In this document: positions 1-15,395 of the stretch, piece after piece
How positions within the stretch are numbered: the stretch's first letter is position 1
Layout: the number at the start of each line of letters is the position of its first letter
Notes under the pieces: model-generated
The model's input: the letters and a program-made list of their open reading frames with translations, nothing else
What the model was told of the DNA's origin: nothing
Database searches by the model: none
DNA from: Octopus vulgaris
Lineage: Eukaryota
NCBI GenBank assembly: GCA_951406725.2
Contig: OX597836.1
Coordinates: forward strand, 13,206,001 to 13,270,000
DNA length: 64,000 nt
Reading direction: 5' to 3'
Made by a program: the position numbers and the translations under genes

Positions 1-1916
1 CTTCAGATACAATAACCTTGTTATTAATATTTCTAGAGGGTTGGATGGTATTAGCTAAATTAATGTAAGTATTAGTAAATGTATTAATATTTAACAGTTT
101 GTTATTATGAGAAGATATAATTTGCAAGAGATTTTTTGTGTTTGAAAAACCTATCCTAACCTTATGTGAATTAATTATAGAGTAATATCTAGAATTGTTT
201 GGAAAATTCCTAGCAATAGCTTGACGAAACAGCAGTGGGAGATTAGATTTGATTTGTCTCCCGTAAGGAATTATTAACCAAATATTTTTACTAGTATTCA
301 TAGCGTAATTACTTTTGAAGGTGTTATATTTTCTTTTAGATCGATAATAGGGGATTAAATAAGGGTTATCTGCCTTCATTCGCTTTGTATCGGTGCGTAA
401 GTTATGTTTGTTATCAATAATTCTTTTACGACTAGAAATCTTATCTACATTATTGAATTTACAATTAGACTGAGCAGAATCAATGAAGAAAATTTTTTCT
501 GTATAACCTGCTTTGATTAAAGCAGAGTTATAGAATTCAGCGTTATTATTGAAAATATCAACATTAGCAGATAATTTAGATAATCTAAATGAAATATTCT
601 TAACTAAATTCTTAGTAATTGCTCCAGGATGATTACTAGATTTGCTAATGTACTTAAGATTGGTCAACGGTTTATGATATGGGAAGTAAGAGTCACTGTG
701 TAAATTAAGCGTAATATCTAAAAAGTTGGCCTTCGTCAGATCGTCATCAAAAACGGTTTTTAAGCCCATTCTACTGAAAAAATTAACTAAACTATTCTTA
801 ACTTTTTGTACCTTTTGGTTGGAAACATTTTGGAGGTAAAGTAAACAATCATCACGATATAGACCTCCATAAATGTTAGGGAACTCTTCAGCCATTTCAA
901 AAAGAATATATATACAGACCAAATCAGCTATCTGTGCTGAATCAGAACTTCCCATTGGTATATCGAAACTATCTGGTGTGTCTTTACGGACCCACAACTT
1001 ATCATCAAATTTAATAATAGATCTTCTGGCTGCCAACACAACATTAATTTCTTCTCGGGTGAGACCAGCTTTGTTATGAGCAAGCCAAAGTGCCTTATTA
1101 AGTACTATTGGATTAATAGACGAATAAAAATTGGAAATATCAAACTGGATAAACTTAGTACTCACCTTACTGTTAATAGACCTAAACCAGTCAACTACTT
1201 CAAATGAATTAGTCCATAAACTAAGTTTTAATGTTTTGATTAAATTAGGAATATATTTATCTAGTATATTTTTACTAAGGATACCGATGTCAGAGCTAGA
1301 AGGGCAGATAAGCCTTAATGATGGGTTAGTAAAAAAAATTTGGTTTGTGATCCTTCAAAATGAACCGAGGTTGCTTAGGAACAAGTGGTTCTGTCTTCAT
1401 TTGTAGGTTATATTTCTCCATGATTTTCATAGTCTCAATGTTGGCTTTCTTAAGTATTCTTTTATCAGCAATTTTATACTTTTTCTGAATTTCCTTTTTA
1501 AGTAATTCCAAATAATAGTCTTTATAAAGTTTGCACAGATTTCCAGTCTTATCAGATTGAACCAACATAGTATCCATAGAATTGATTTCTTTGGTAATGT
1601 TGCGAAGATACCTCAGATGTTTATTTCTTAGTGGTGATCGTTGAAATTTTACATTTCTCACAATGGACCAGAGATGATCTTCAAATTGCTTCAACCTTGG
1701 GTTAGGCGGCGGACTATTTTTAGATTTAAATAACTTGTTGAACTCAGATGTTTTATCATTAGTGTGTTGTTGAGTGTCATTTTTGTCAAAGAAAAAGGTA
1801 AGCCATCTTATTCGGTTGATGAATGAATTAATCTTATTGACAAGTTGTTTAAGGAAAACATTCTTAGGTGGAATAGGAATGTCCTTAAGAGATGCGTCCA
1901 TATTCAATAACTCCAT
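1..1916 (-). mobile_element. Penelope-like retroelement reverse transcriptase ORF, near intact, running off the window edge
   Basis: ORF 1916..1326 (KDIPIP...RIRW...KDHKPNF) continues after a 1-nt shift in an A8 run (1331-1338) as NPSLRLICP...FIQFDISNFYSSI...PMGSSDSAQIADL...GLYRDD (848-865)...NFLDITLNL...SNHP...IISSHNNK; no stop in this frame from 1338 to 1. Confidence 0.9.
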
Positions 1917-1966
1917 ATGCTGTAACTATTCAGTTAGCAGGTTATTAATAAACCTGATTAAAGTAT

Positions 1967-3250
<1,284 letters not shown>

Positions 3251-3294
3251 AAAAATGTAATATATAAATATCTGTAAATATAAACCATCCGATT

Positions 3295-3515
3295 TTCTGA
3301 GGGCCCGGTTTCCTGGTTTCAATTGCGTGTGTTCCCCAGCTGGACGGGACACCAGTCCATCGCAGCGTTACTCATTTTTGCCAGCTGAGTGGACTGGAGC
3401 AACGTGAAATGAAGTGTTTTGCTCAAGAACACAACGCGTCGCCCGGTCCAGGAATCGAAACCACAATCTTACGATCATGATGCTGACACTCGAACCACTA
3501 AGCCACGCGCCTCCA
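3295..3515 (-). mobile_element. tRNA-derived SINE, type D head (CORE-like body)
   Basis: Minus strand ggaggcgcgtggcttagtggtt...ggtttcgattcc (A/B boxes) then ttgagcaaaacacttc; relatives at 35210-35553 and 53910-54215. Confidence 0.75.
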
Positions 3516-3539
3516 CACCAGGATAAAGTACCAATCCAT

Positions 3540-3780
3540 AATTCCGTCCTGGTCATCAGCTACTAGACAGAGATGGGCACCAAATTGTCCCTCATCCCCT
3601 CTACAGTCCAGACCTTGCTCCCTATGACTTTCGGTTGTTCCCCAAGCTGAAGGAGAACCTTACGAGCAGTCCTTCCGAGGGCATTGTAAACAAGAAGGCG
3701 GTTGTTATAAGGATCTTGGACACCTTCACTTTGGAAGTCTTTCGTGGGGGCCTTCACGAAGTGCATTGAAATCAGAGGAT
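3540..3780 (+). mobile_element. Mariner transposase C-terminal fragment
   Basis: 3590-3660 translates PHPLYSPDLAPYDFRLFPKLKENL (YSPDLAP motif); remainder decayed. Confidence 0.75.
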
Positions 3781-4023
3781 CTGCGACGGACCGACATCCC
3801 GTCTGGTGAGAAGATATATACTCCTACGAAACCACGAAACCGGACCTATGAATTTATGTGACTCGGGAAGGAACGTTAAGCGAATGAGATTAGAGTTTAG
3901 TACCGCTTTGGAATTAATAAAAAAAAATGTATCTCCTGAAAAAGCCTGAAAATGTCTGTATACGTGTGTGGATGTGTGCGTGCATGGGTGTGTGTTTTGT
4001 GCATATACGTCTTATCTCTCTCT

Positions 4024-4024
<1 letters not shown>

Positions 4025-4091
<67 letters not shown>

Positions 4092-4390
4092 ATCTATCTT
4101 TTTATCTATCTACCTACCTACCTATCTACCTACCCACCTACATACATACACACATACGTACATACATACACACATACGTACATACATACATACACACATA
4201 CGTACATACACTCATACACACATACATACATACATACATACATACATACACACATACATACATACATACATACATACATACATACACACATACGTACATA
4301 CATACACACAAACATACATACATACATGCATACATACATACATACACACAAACATACATACATACATACATACATACATACGTACGTACA
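4025..4390. repeat. (TATC)n and (TACA)n microsatellites
   Basis: Direct inspection. Confidence 0.95.
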
Positions 4391-4948
4391 CCCCCCCACA
4401 CCCACAAACATGTGAATATGTATAACTGTTGCTATCTGTGTCCATATTCTCTCTCGCTCCACTCTCCACATGAATTAGGTCTTATCAACGTGCTCCGACT
4501 TCGTATGTAAGGTTGGCTTTGTATTATTTATAAATAAGTTTATTTTTCAATGCAACTAAACAAAGTAAATAGTATTTGAGTGCAAGGGGGAAAAAAAAGA
4601 AGCAATTTATAGCTTTTCATATTTACAGTTTAAATGACATTGAAACTGGGTCATTGATATTATTATTATTATTATTATTAATATTATTATTGTTATTATT
4701 AATTTTTTTCTTCTTCTTTCAAATTTGCTTCCATTTCTTGCCGAGTGTCTTCTCGACTCCTAGGGCAAAGAAACTCATAGTTTACATTGGTAGGCCATTA
4801 AACTAAACTCAATAGTTCGTTCATTTTTTTTTTAAAGTTAAATTAAAATACATGGGTAGTAATAGTTCTCACATCGACAATGCTCTTCTCAATACATACA
4901 TCGATATGCTCTTCTCAATACATATTCACATGTTTGTGTGTATATGTA

Positions 4949-4979
<31 letters not shown>

Positions 4980-5010
4980 ATGTATGACAATCTTTTGCAC
5001 TTCTTGCAGA

Positions 5011-5070
<60 letters not shown>

Positions 5071-5073
<3 letters not shown>

Positions 5074-5468
5074 GGCGGCGTGCTGGCAGAGTCGTTAGCA
5101 CGCCGGGCGAAATGCTTAGCGGTATTTCGTCTGCCGCTACGTTCTGAGTTCAAATTCCGCCGAGGTCGACTTTGTCTTTCATACTTTCGGGGTCGATAAA
5201 TTAAGTACCAGTTACGCACTGGAGTCGATATAATCGACTTAATCCGTTTGTCTGTCCTTGTTTGTCCTCTCTGTGTTTAGCCCCTTGTGGGTAGTAAAGA
5301 AATAGGTATTTCGTCTGCAGTTACGTTCTGAGTTCAAATTCCGCCGAGGTCGACTTTGCCATTCATCCTTTCGGGGTCGATTAAATAAGTACCAGTTACG
5401 CACTGGGGTCGATGAAATCGATTAGCCTCCTACCCCGAATTTCAGGCCTTGTGCCTATAGTAGAAAGG

Positions 5469-5500
<32 letters not shown>

Positions 5501-5790
5501 AGTGAGCTGGCAGAATCGTTAGTATGCTGGGCAAAATGTTTAGCGATATTTCCCTCGTCGCTACGTTTTGAGTTCAAATTCCGCTGAAGCTGACTTTGCC
5601 GTTCATCCTTAAAATAAGTACGGTTCAGTACCTCTTCACCAAATTGCTGCCCTTGAGGCAAAATTTGAAACCATTTAAGGCGGCGAGTTGGCAGAATCGT
5701 TAGCACGCTGGTTAAAATGCTTAGCGGTATTTCGCCCGTCGCTACGTTCTGAGTTCAAATTCCGCTGAGGTTGACTTTGCCTGTCATCCC
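5071..5790 (+). mobile_element. Cluster of type B tRNA-derived SINEs (dimer plus fragments) next to (ATT)n
   Basis: Head ggcggcg(a/t)gctggcagaatcgttagc, B-box gagttcaaattcc, central gcctttcatcctttcggggtcgataaa; many copies in window. Confidence 0.85.
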
Positions 5791-6798
5791 TTCAGATATA
5801 TAGGAGGCAGTCAGAATTTTGGATAATCCTTTATTAGCGCTTTTGTTCGTTTATCGAACTCGTTAAGGCAAAATAAAAATGAATAAAACAGAAGTTCTGT
5901 TGTTCATTTATATGAAGTGGATGTTTTTTGCTTTGTTTAAAAGAAGAGGAAAATGTTTTTGTTTTTCTTTAGAAAAAAAATGGGGAAGAGAAAAGGAAAA
6001 GCAGAGAGGGAAAAATAAACTGCGAGAGAGAGGTTTCAGGACAATCAAGCGGAAAAAAAGTAAAGGGTAGAGAAAGGATAGATAGATAGAGATAGAGATA
6101 GATAGATAGAAAGAGAGAGAGAAGGGGGAAAGAAAGAGGCTCGTTTTCTGTTTGATATGTTCAACCTATTGAAATTTCATTACAAAGCATTTTTCTTTTT
6201 CTTCTTTTTTCTCTTCCTCCCCTTTCCCTTCTCATGGTATACCTATCGACATATTTGTAGATAAGCACATTTTCTCACAAGGGCTAGATGGCCTTTCAAG
6301 ATGTCAATTCAAGAAAGTAGAATGAGAAAGATGAGGAAAGAGAGGAAGGTGCGGCCATGCCTGTAAAGTGTGAGAATAAAAAGAGTTCAAAGTCCTTTGA
6401 AAATGTATATTCCTTTACAATTGTATAATCAAATCTCCTATTCTGCGTAATTTCATGTTTTGCACGGACAAACATGAAATATTAGAACAACATTCATAAA
6501 TTAGGAAAATGAAGTCAGAATAAAAAGATATAATTTGAGTTCGGCACTGTTTATAATTCCCTCTATTCTCTCTATGTACATTTAATCAAACATCATAAAT
6601 GAGTTGTTTAATAACATGTATATTGTATATATACAGGGTATCTCAAAAGTTTCTCACGATTCTTATTTTGAAAACTGTTGTAGATTTTTCAATTAATTTT
6701 ATTGTCTAGAACAATGAGGAACAATAACTACGGATGAGACACTGACACAATGGAACAATGTACAATAAAAGAGAAATCAGGCGAAACTGTCTGGATGT

Positions 6799-6844
<46 letters not shown>

Positions 6845-6845
<1 letters not shown>

Positions 6846-7252
6846 TCTTTACTCTTTTACTTGTTTCAGTCATTTGACTGCGGCCATGCTGGAGCACAGC
6901 CTTTAGTCGAGCAACTCGACCCCAGGACTTATTCTTTTGTAAGCCCAGTACTTATTCTATCGGTCTCTTTTGCCGAACCGCTAAGTAACGGGGACATAAA
7001 CACACCAGCATCGGTTGTCAAGCAATGCTAGGGGGACAAACACAGACACACAAGCATACATGCACATACATATATATATACATATATACGACGGGCTTCT
7101 TTCAGTTTTCGTCTACCAAATCCACTCACAAGGCTTTGGTCGGCCCGAGGCTATAGTAGAAGACACTTGCCCAAGGTGCCACGCAGTGGGACTGAACCCG
7201 GAACCATGTGGTTGGTAAGCAAGCTACTTACCACACAGCCACTCCTGCGCCT
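6845..7252 (-). mobile_element. Full-length type A SINE (tRNA head, internal TA/CA microsatellite, gtaaaaga tail)
   Basis: Near-identical copies at 18491-18893(+), 38333-38840(+), 46083-46490(+), 50394-50812(-), 56295-56675(-), 56890-57305(-), 59540-59940(-). Confidence 0.9.
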
Positions 7253-7952
7253 ATATATATTATTTTACATATATTATTTTATATATTATTTTATTTCGGG
7301 ATGGTCATTTTCTTGCCAAGTACACACCTGTACTATATAGTGTGTGTGTTTATTTCGCAAAATAAATAAATAAATGATCATCTCGAAATACAATATCTGT
7401 TTCAACACACGACACACATCAGGAATCTTTTCTTCCTGTTTCTGTTGTACCTGTATTTCAAAGGGCCAGCCTTGTCACACTCCGTGTCACGCTGAATCTC
7501 CCCTAGAGCTACGTTAAGGATACACGTGTCTGTGGAGTGCTCAGCCACTTGCACGTTAATAAATGAGTTGTGACGTCACAGGTGCCAAGCTGTATCGGCC
7601 CCTTTGCCTTTCCCTTGGATAACATCGGTGGCGTGGAGAGGGAAGGCCAGTATATTTGGGCGACTGCTGGCCTTCCATAAAAAACTTTGCCCAGACTTGT
7701 GCCTTGGAGGGTAACTTTCTAGGTGCAATCCCATGGTCATTCATGACCGAAGGGGGTCACAACAACAACAAATATATTCTCCATGCAACCTTTACAGTCC
7801 AGGGTAGAGCACACGGAATTACCCATCGGAAGAATTCGCGGAGTGGTTAACAACTGACTGTAGACACGGATCGTTGGGGTTAGCCATCAACTGGAAATCA
7901 ACAGAGAGCTAATATGGTACCCACCCGGATAATATATCTCTACAAACTCACT

Positions 7953-7990
<38 letters not shown>

Positions 7991-8639
7991 TTTATTGTCT
8001 CGTTAAGTTAAGATCAACAAAAAGAGGATTTCATCCTATGAGTCACAGATATCATTTAATATACACATTATATAGATTAGAGCTACAAATAGTTTCTTGC
8101 TGTGAAGGCACGTATCTCGTCTGGGTTTTATAGCACAGCCTGTATCTCCAAGCAATCTACAATCTCTGAATGGTGTGTCATAAAAACCTGCCAAGATACG
8201 TGTCTTTATAGCAAGAAACTATTTGTGCCTCGTAACTTTATATTGTGTACATTAAACGACATACATGTGTATTTGTGTGTGTGTCAGTGTGTGTGTGTGT
8301 GTGTAACACACATATACACAAACACATGCACACATGTATATATGGATTTGTGTGTGTGTGTATTATACACAATATTAAACTATAAAGGCAATAATCCATC
8401 GCTGGTGTTCATTTCGAAAAACTTGCTACAGACAGGTTTTATTTTATTATTTTATTTCATTTTATTCAATTGTGTTTTATTGTATCCTGTATTGACTGCA
8501 AAGCAAATATATATATATAAAAAATAAAGAAAACCTCACTGAATATTCTTGCTATCAAAAGCGCCATAAAAACATAGCATCTTGGTGAGAAGCATTATTC
8601 GAGAGATATTTGATTCTTTGTCTGTTGTTGATTTTACTG

Positions 8640-8689
<50 letters not shown>

Positions 8690-8692
8690 CGT

Positions 8693-8724
<32 letters not shown>

Positions 8725-8740
8725 TGGTAGCAGCAGCAGC

Positions 8741-8817
<77 letters not shown>

Positions 8818-8840
8818 TAGTAGAGATGATGATGATGATG
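8640..8840. repeat. (TAG)n/(CAG)n trinucleotide tract
   Basis: Direct inspection; similar tract at 17775-18065. Confidence 0.9.
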
Positions 8841-9055
8841 ACGTTGTCATGTTTTGTTGTGTTCGTTGTTTGCAGTTATTTATGTTTTTTTCTTTGTTAT
8901 GTTAGATTTTTGTATGTATGCACATACACAAATACATATGTACACACACATATATATGTATATATATATATATGTATATATATGTATGTATATGTGTGTA
9001 TGTATGTATATATATAAATAAGCATATATATATATATATATATAAGTATATATAA

Positions 9056-9155
<100 letters not shown>

Positions 9156-10066
9156 GTTGTGTTTCTTCTTGAAGCACGTCTGCTTATTCCATTACTACGA
9201 TCCAATATGTAGTCTCAGTTGCTGCTGTGTTTCAGTGCAAAATATTTATTAACGTTATTGAATTTCTCTCTCTCTGAAGAATTTCTAACAAGGAATTCCA
9301 TACATGGCCATCTAAAATGTAAAACTTTAATTCCAATTAGTAAATGAAACATGTGTAATGGGGAATAAATAATACTAGACAATTTACAACTTATATATAT
9401 ACTTTTTTACCCTTTAACTTGTTTCAGTCATTGGACTGCAGCCATACTGGGGCACAGCCTTGAAGGGTTTAGTCGAAGAAATTGACCCCAGTCTAGTCAA
9501 TTATATATATATATTTAAAGTCTGGTAGTTATTTTATCGGTCTTTTTTGCCAAACTGCTTTGTTACGGGGATGTAAACAAACCAACAGCGGTCGTCAAAG
9601 GAAAAAAATAAAAAATAATTAAAAATCATTAAAAAGCAGAAAAAAAAAGAACCCCATTCAGTACTGGAGACGAACTGTTCGATTAAAACTCTTCAAAGTC
9701 GGTGCTCCAGCGTGACCAGGGTCCTATGACTGAAACAAGTGAAAGACATAACAATAAAAGATAAGGGAAAATTGAAAGTCCTTTGTTATCTATTAAAGGA
9801 TATAAGATAATGCTTGCGCGCGCGCGCACACACACACACACACACGCGGAAACACCCACACACTACGAGGCACATATGAACTATGCAATTTACCTAATTG
9901 TGTCAAGTGAGGTAGAAAAATATGATTCATTAACTATTTACGTCTGGAAATTCCATACAATGTTCTTTTCTATTGGGTAAATTTGTGCATGTTTGCTTGC
10001 CGAACCGCTACGTTACAGGGGCACAAACACACCAACAAGAATATATATATATATATATTAACACAC

Positions 10067-10104
<38 letters not shown>

Positions 10105-10150
10105 CTGTATATATATATATTAACACACCTGTATATATATATTAACACAC

Positions 10151-10186
<36 letters not shown>

Positions 10187-10189
<3 letters not shown>

Positions 10190-10405
10190 GTCTTTCAAAA
10201 TGTGACCTCGTGTGTACAGTCGGCGATTTTTTTCCCTCTGTCTTCCCTTCTCTGGATCTTTACTTCTCCTATGTTTCCGACGAAGAGCTCCGCTCGAAAC
10301 GTTAAACCCTCCTTCTTTCCTTCTTTCCTGAGCGTCCAATAATACTATATTTGTTCCACGTCCTCGCGTTGTTTTTTTTTTAGCTTTCTTGTTTGGATTA
10401 ACTTT
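10187..10405 (+). mobile_element. About 215-bp non-coding element between (TA)n tracts carrying a minimal hammerhead motif
   Basis: Copies at 25020-25230(-), 49183-49415(-), partial 47870-47980(-); no ORF or tRNA head. Confidence 0.75.
10273..10307 (+). ncRNA. Minimal type-I hammerhead motif (U4C core)
   Basis: GUUU-CCGACGA-A-GAGC(ucc)GCUC-GAAAC-GUU-AAAC; the same 35 nt recur at 25115-25149(-) and 49292-49326(-). Confidence 0.65.
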
Positions 10406-11566
10406 ATATATATATAGTAGCAGCAGTTTATACTTAGATAAACTTAGATATGTTTCGACCAAAGATTGGTCCAGGCCATGTCTAACTTAGTGGCTGTGTG
10501 GTAAGTAGCTTGCTTACCAACCACGTAGTTCCAGGTTCATTCCCACTGCATGGCACCTTGGGGAAGTGTTTTCTGCGATACCCTCGGGCTGACCAAAGTC
10601 TTGTGAGTGGATTTGTTAGACGGATAGAACAAGTGGCTTTGTTAGATAGAACAAGTGCCAGACTAAAAAAAAAAGAAAAAAAACCCCAGAAAAATGATAG
10701 ATACTGTGTTCAGTTTGTTTGACTAAAATTCTATATACATATATACGGCGGGCTTCTTTCAGTTTCCGTCTACCAGATCCACTCACAAGGCTTTGGTTGG
10801 CCCAAGGCTATAGGAGAAGACACTTGCCCAAGGTGCCACGCAGTAGGACTGAACCCGGAACCTTGTGGTTGGTAAGCAAGCTTCTTACCACACAGCCACT
10901 CCTACGCCTTGAAGTTATGACCGCGATCTAATGGCCAAAACAAAAGTAAAAAGAAATACACGCCCACAAGCCCATAACCGATACGTTTTGTGTCCTTGAT
11001 CAGAACATCTGTGTATCTATAATACGTAATACAGTTTGAATATCATCGTTATTCATACACTGGAAACTTTGTCAGCTTTCACTGTTGCTGAATTAAAATT
11101 CCCCCAGGGTCATAATAGGCTCGCCCAGTGCTGAGTGCTCAAGAAGCGCGCTTTGCAGCCACGTAGCTTCTTATTCAGTTTACACTGGACGATATCTTGG
11201 GCAAGTGTCTTCTACTATAGTACTTGGACCAACCGATGCCATGCCAGGGAATTTGGCAAACGGAAACTGTGTGGAAGCCCCATGTTAAATCGTTATTCCC
11301 CACACATTTTTCCTCTCCCTTTCTTTTTTTTTCTCGCTCTCTCCATTTCTCCCCTTCTCTTTTACTTGTTTCAGTCGTTTGACTGTGGCCATGCTGGAGC
11401 ATCACCTTTAGCCGAGCAAATCGACCCCGGGGCTTATTCTTTGTAAGCCCAGTATTTATTCTATCGGTCACTTTTGCTGAACCGCTAAGTGACGGGGATA
11501 TAAACACACCAGCATCGGTTGTCAAGCAATGCTATGGGGATATAGACACACAGACATACACACACA

Positions 11567-11606
<40 letters not shown>

Positions 11607-11616
11607 TATATACATA

Positions 11617-12690
11617 TATACGGCGGGCTTCTATGAGTTTCCGTCTACCAAATCCACTCACAAGGCTTTGGTCGGCCCAAGGCTATAGGAGAAGACACTT
11701 GCCCAAGGTGCCACGCAGTAGGACTGAACCCGGAACCATGTGGTTGGTAAGCAAGCTTCTTACCACACAGCTACTCCTACGCCCTATATATGACGGGTTT
11801 CTTTCAGTTTCCATCTACCAAATCCACTCACAAGGCTTTGGTCGGCCCAAGGCTATAGGAGAAGACACTTGCCCAAGGTGTCCACGCAGTAGGACTGAAC
11901 CCGGAACCATGTGGTTGGTAAGCAAGCTTCTTACCACACAGCTACTCTTACGCCCTATATATGACGGGTTTCTTTCAGTTTCGATCTACCAAATCCACTC
12001 ACAAGGCTTTGGTCGGCCCAAGGCTATAGGAGAAGACACTTGCCCAAGGTGCCACGCAGTAGGACTGAACCCGGAACCATGTGGTTGGTAAGCAAGCTTC
12101 TTACCACACAGCCACTCTTACGCCCTATATATGACGGGTTTCTTTCAGTTTCCATCTACCAAATCCACTCACAAGGCTTTGGTCGGCCCAAGGCTATAGG
12201 AGAAGACACTTGCCCAAGGTGCCACGCAGTAGGACTGAACCCGGAACCATGTGGTTGGTAAGCAAGCTTCTTACCACACAGCCACTCCTACGCCCTATAT
12301 ATGACGGGTTTCTTTCAGTTTCGATCTACCAAATCCACTCACAAGGCTTTGGTCGGCCCAAGGTTATAGGAGAAGACACTTGCCCAAGGTGCCACGCAGT
12401 AGGACTGAACCCGGAACCATGTGGTTGGTAAGCAAGCTTCTTACCACACAGCCACTCCTACGTCCTATATATGACGGGTTTCTTTCAGTTTCCATCTACC
12501 AAATCCACCCACAAGGCTTTAGTCGGCCCAAGGCTATAGGAGAAGACACTTGCCCAAGGTTCCACGCAGTAGGACTGAACCCGGAACCATATGGTTGGTA
12601 AGCAAGCTTCTTACCACACAGCCACTCCTACGCCCTATATATGACGGGTTTCTTTCAGTTTCCATCTACCAAATCCACTCACAAGGTTTT
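11617..12690 (-). repeat. Tandem array of about 6 x 170-bp type A SINE heads
   Basis: tatatgacgggtttctttcag recurs at about 11788, 11959, 12129, 12299, 12469, 12639; attached to a SINE body at 11355-11616. Confidence 0.92.
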
Positions 12691-12952
12691 CTAGTCGTCA
12701 TTCTAGATAGGTTTACTCAATTGGTCTGTTGATCAATTGAGCTAAATTGAAAGACTAAAGAATATCAATGCCATTCATCAGAGCCATTGCTGGAAACAAC
12801 AAACAGAGCACTTGCAGAATGGCAATTGTGTAGGGAAAAGTGGGGGGAGACAGGGATGTTTAAGACGCATTCATGAAGGTAGGCTACAATGGGGTGGTAG
12901 CAATTGAAAGAGTGGTAGTATTAGTAGTTGTTGTTACATACACCCCTCACAC

Positions 12953-12999
<47 letters not shown>

Positions 13000-13059
13000 C
13001 AAATATGTATACACACACACGCACACACACATACATATATATATGAATACGCACACACA

Positions 13060-13109
<50 letters not shown>

Positions 13110-13213
13110 ACACATTTATAACTTGATATTTTATGTTTTACTTATTTCAGTCATGAAACTCCGGACATCTAGGAGTACCGCCTTGATAGACATGTACACA
13201 CACACACATGTAT

Positions 13214-13245
<32 letters not shown>

Positions 13246-13350
13246 CTATGTATACACACACACACACACTACACATATATACCTTGATATTTTATCTTTT
13301 ATTTTAATCATGGAACTGTGGACATCCTGGGGTACCGCCTTGATAGACAT

Positions 13351-13395
<45 letters not shown>

Positions 13396-13677
13396 TATAT
13401 ACACACACATAAATATGTACACACATGCACACACACACATATACACACACACAACTACACATGTATACCTTGATATTTTATCTTTTACTTATTTTAATCA
13501 TGAAACTGTGGACATTCTGGGGTACCGCCTTGATATACAGTACACATACACACACACACACTGATACACACACACATGTATATACACACACACGCACACA
13601 CACAAACACATAAATATGTAAACACACACACACACAAAATTATATATATATACAAAAGCATTTATGTGCTTAATCCG

Positions 13678-13783
<106 letters not shown>

Positions 13784-14149
13784 GATACAAAATTAGGGGA
13801 TGGAGAAGATGAAATCCAAGCTACATATGAGAATTGATCGATTGTCGATCAAATCTCCCGTGAGGCCAAAGATACCTTAATTAAACGAAGTTTACACTGT
13901 CGTCAAGGACTCCCTTGTTAACTCGTAGGAGATTTGATAAATTTCCGGTCAAATCTCCTGCGAGTTGACGCGAGATCCCTTGACGACAATGTAATGATAC
14001 GTTTCGCCCGACGAGTGGCTAGCGGATTAGCCCTCGCTCGGGGTAATTACTACTTCCGTGATTCTGCTAGTTATGAAGCATATATAGCCTGCATCTTGTC
14101 TCCTTTATTCCCTAACTGTTGATTTTTATTCGCATACACAGCAACTCCA

Positions 14150-14660
14150 GCGGTCGTAAGAACGCGGTTTCGATTCCCAGACCGATTAAGGCGGCGAGCT
14201 GGCAGAAACGTTAGCACGTCGGACGAATTGCATAGCCGTATTTCCTCTGCCGTTACGTTCTGAGTTCAAATTCCGCCGAGGTCTACTTTGCCTTTCATCC
14301 TTTCGGGGTCGATAAATTAAGTACCAGTTACGCACTGGGGTCGATGTAATCGACTTAATACCTATGTCTGTCCTTGTTTGTCCCCTCTGTGTTTAGCCCT
14401 TTGTGGGTAGTAAAGAAATAGGTATTTCGTCTGCCGTTACGTTCTGAGTTCAAATTCCGCCGAGGTCTACTTTGCCTTTCATCCTTTCGGGGTCGATAAA
14501 TTAAGTACCAGTTACGCACTGGAGTCGATGTAATCGACTTAATACCTATGTCTGTCCTTGTTTGTCCCCTCAGTGTTTAGCCCCTTGTGGGTAATAAAGA
14601 AATAGGTTTCGATTCCCAGACCGGGCATTGTGAGTGTTTATTGACCAAAAACACCTAAGC
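14150..14660 (+). mobile_element. Type B SINE dimer nested in a type C SINE head
   Basis: ggtttcgattcccagaccg occurs on both sides (14166 and 14605) of the type B dimer 14188-14604. Confidence 0.7.
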
Positions 14661-14714
14661 TGTCAAAAATGAGGAGTGCGTTGTGTTACATGAAATATAT
14701 TTTTAGACGTCTAG

Positions 14715-14975
14715 CACGTATAGTAATAAACAAACACAGAAAAGCAAATGGATGCATAGACGAGCGAAGAACAAACACAGAAGGACGCCAATTCCACATC
14801 AGTTATCGGCCAAAGCGTCGAGCGCAATTTCGATAATGACACGAAATTGCGCACGACACAATGGGCCGACAACTGAGGGGGAATTGGTGACCCTCAATGT
14901 TTCTTCTCCGTTCGTCTGTGCATTCATTGCATTTAATCTATGCTTTTCCATCCGCTTGTTTATTACTATACGTGT
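14715..14975. mobile_element. Imperfect 260-bp palindromic (MITE/foldback-like) element
   Basis: cacgtatagtaataaacaa / ttgtttattactatacgtg at the ends; gcgcaatttcg / cgaaattgcgc at the centre. Confidence 0.7.
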
Positions 14976-14985
14976 TTGACTCTTC

Positions 14986-15047
<62 letters not shown>

Positions 15048-15113
15048 AGATCGTTAGCCACTACACAAAATTTTTCTCTCCTTGTTTCTCTGCTTGTTTT
15101 TTTTTCTGTGTCC

Positions 15114-15149
15114 CTTTCTGTAGAAGCGCGTAGGCTCGAAACGTAAAAG
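15114..15149 (+). ncRNA. Minimal type-I hammerhead-like motif (A6U core) in a (TA)n-flanked element
   Basis: CUUU-CUGUAGA-A-GCGC(guag)GCUC-GAAAC-GUA-AAAG. Confidence 0.5.
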
Positions 15150-15239
15150 ACTTTTTCTATTCTTGAGCGTTATACTAATACATTTGTTTGTTTTGTACAC
15201 CACCTGTCTTCGTCTTTTGTTTTTTTCGTAAACTCTCCC

Positions 15240-15272
<33 letters not shown>

Positions 15273-15350
15273 AAGATTGGATCGTATACGAGTGGGTATA
15301 TATTTGTAAAAAAGAAGTTTGAAAATGCCACTATATTAGATAAATTTTAA

Positions 15351-15395
15351 TTTTTACATGTTTCGGTTCTTGAAATAACGAACCTTATCAAAAAG
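15351..15395 (-). ncRNA. Minimal type-I hammerhead-like motif (U3-A8 core)
   Basis: UUU-UUGAUAA-GGUUC(10 nt)GAACC-GAAAC-AU-GUA-AAA. Confidence 0.55.
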
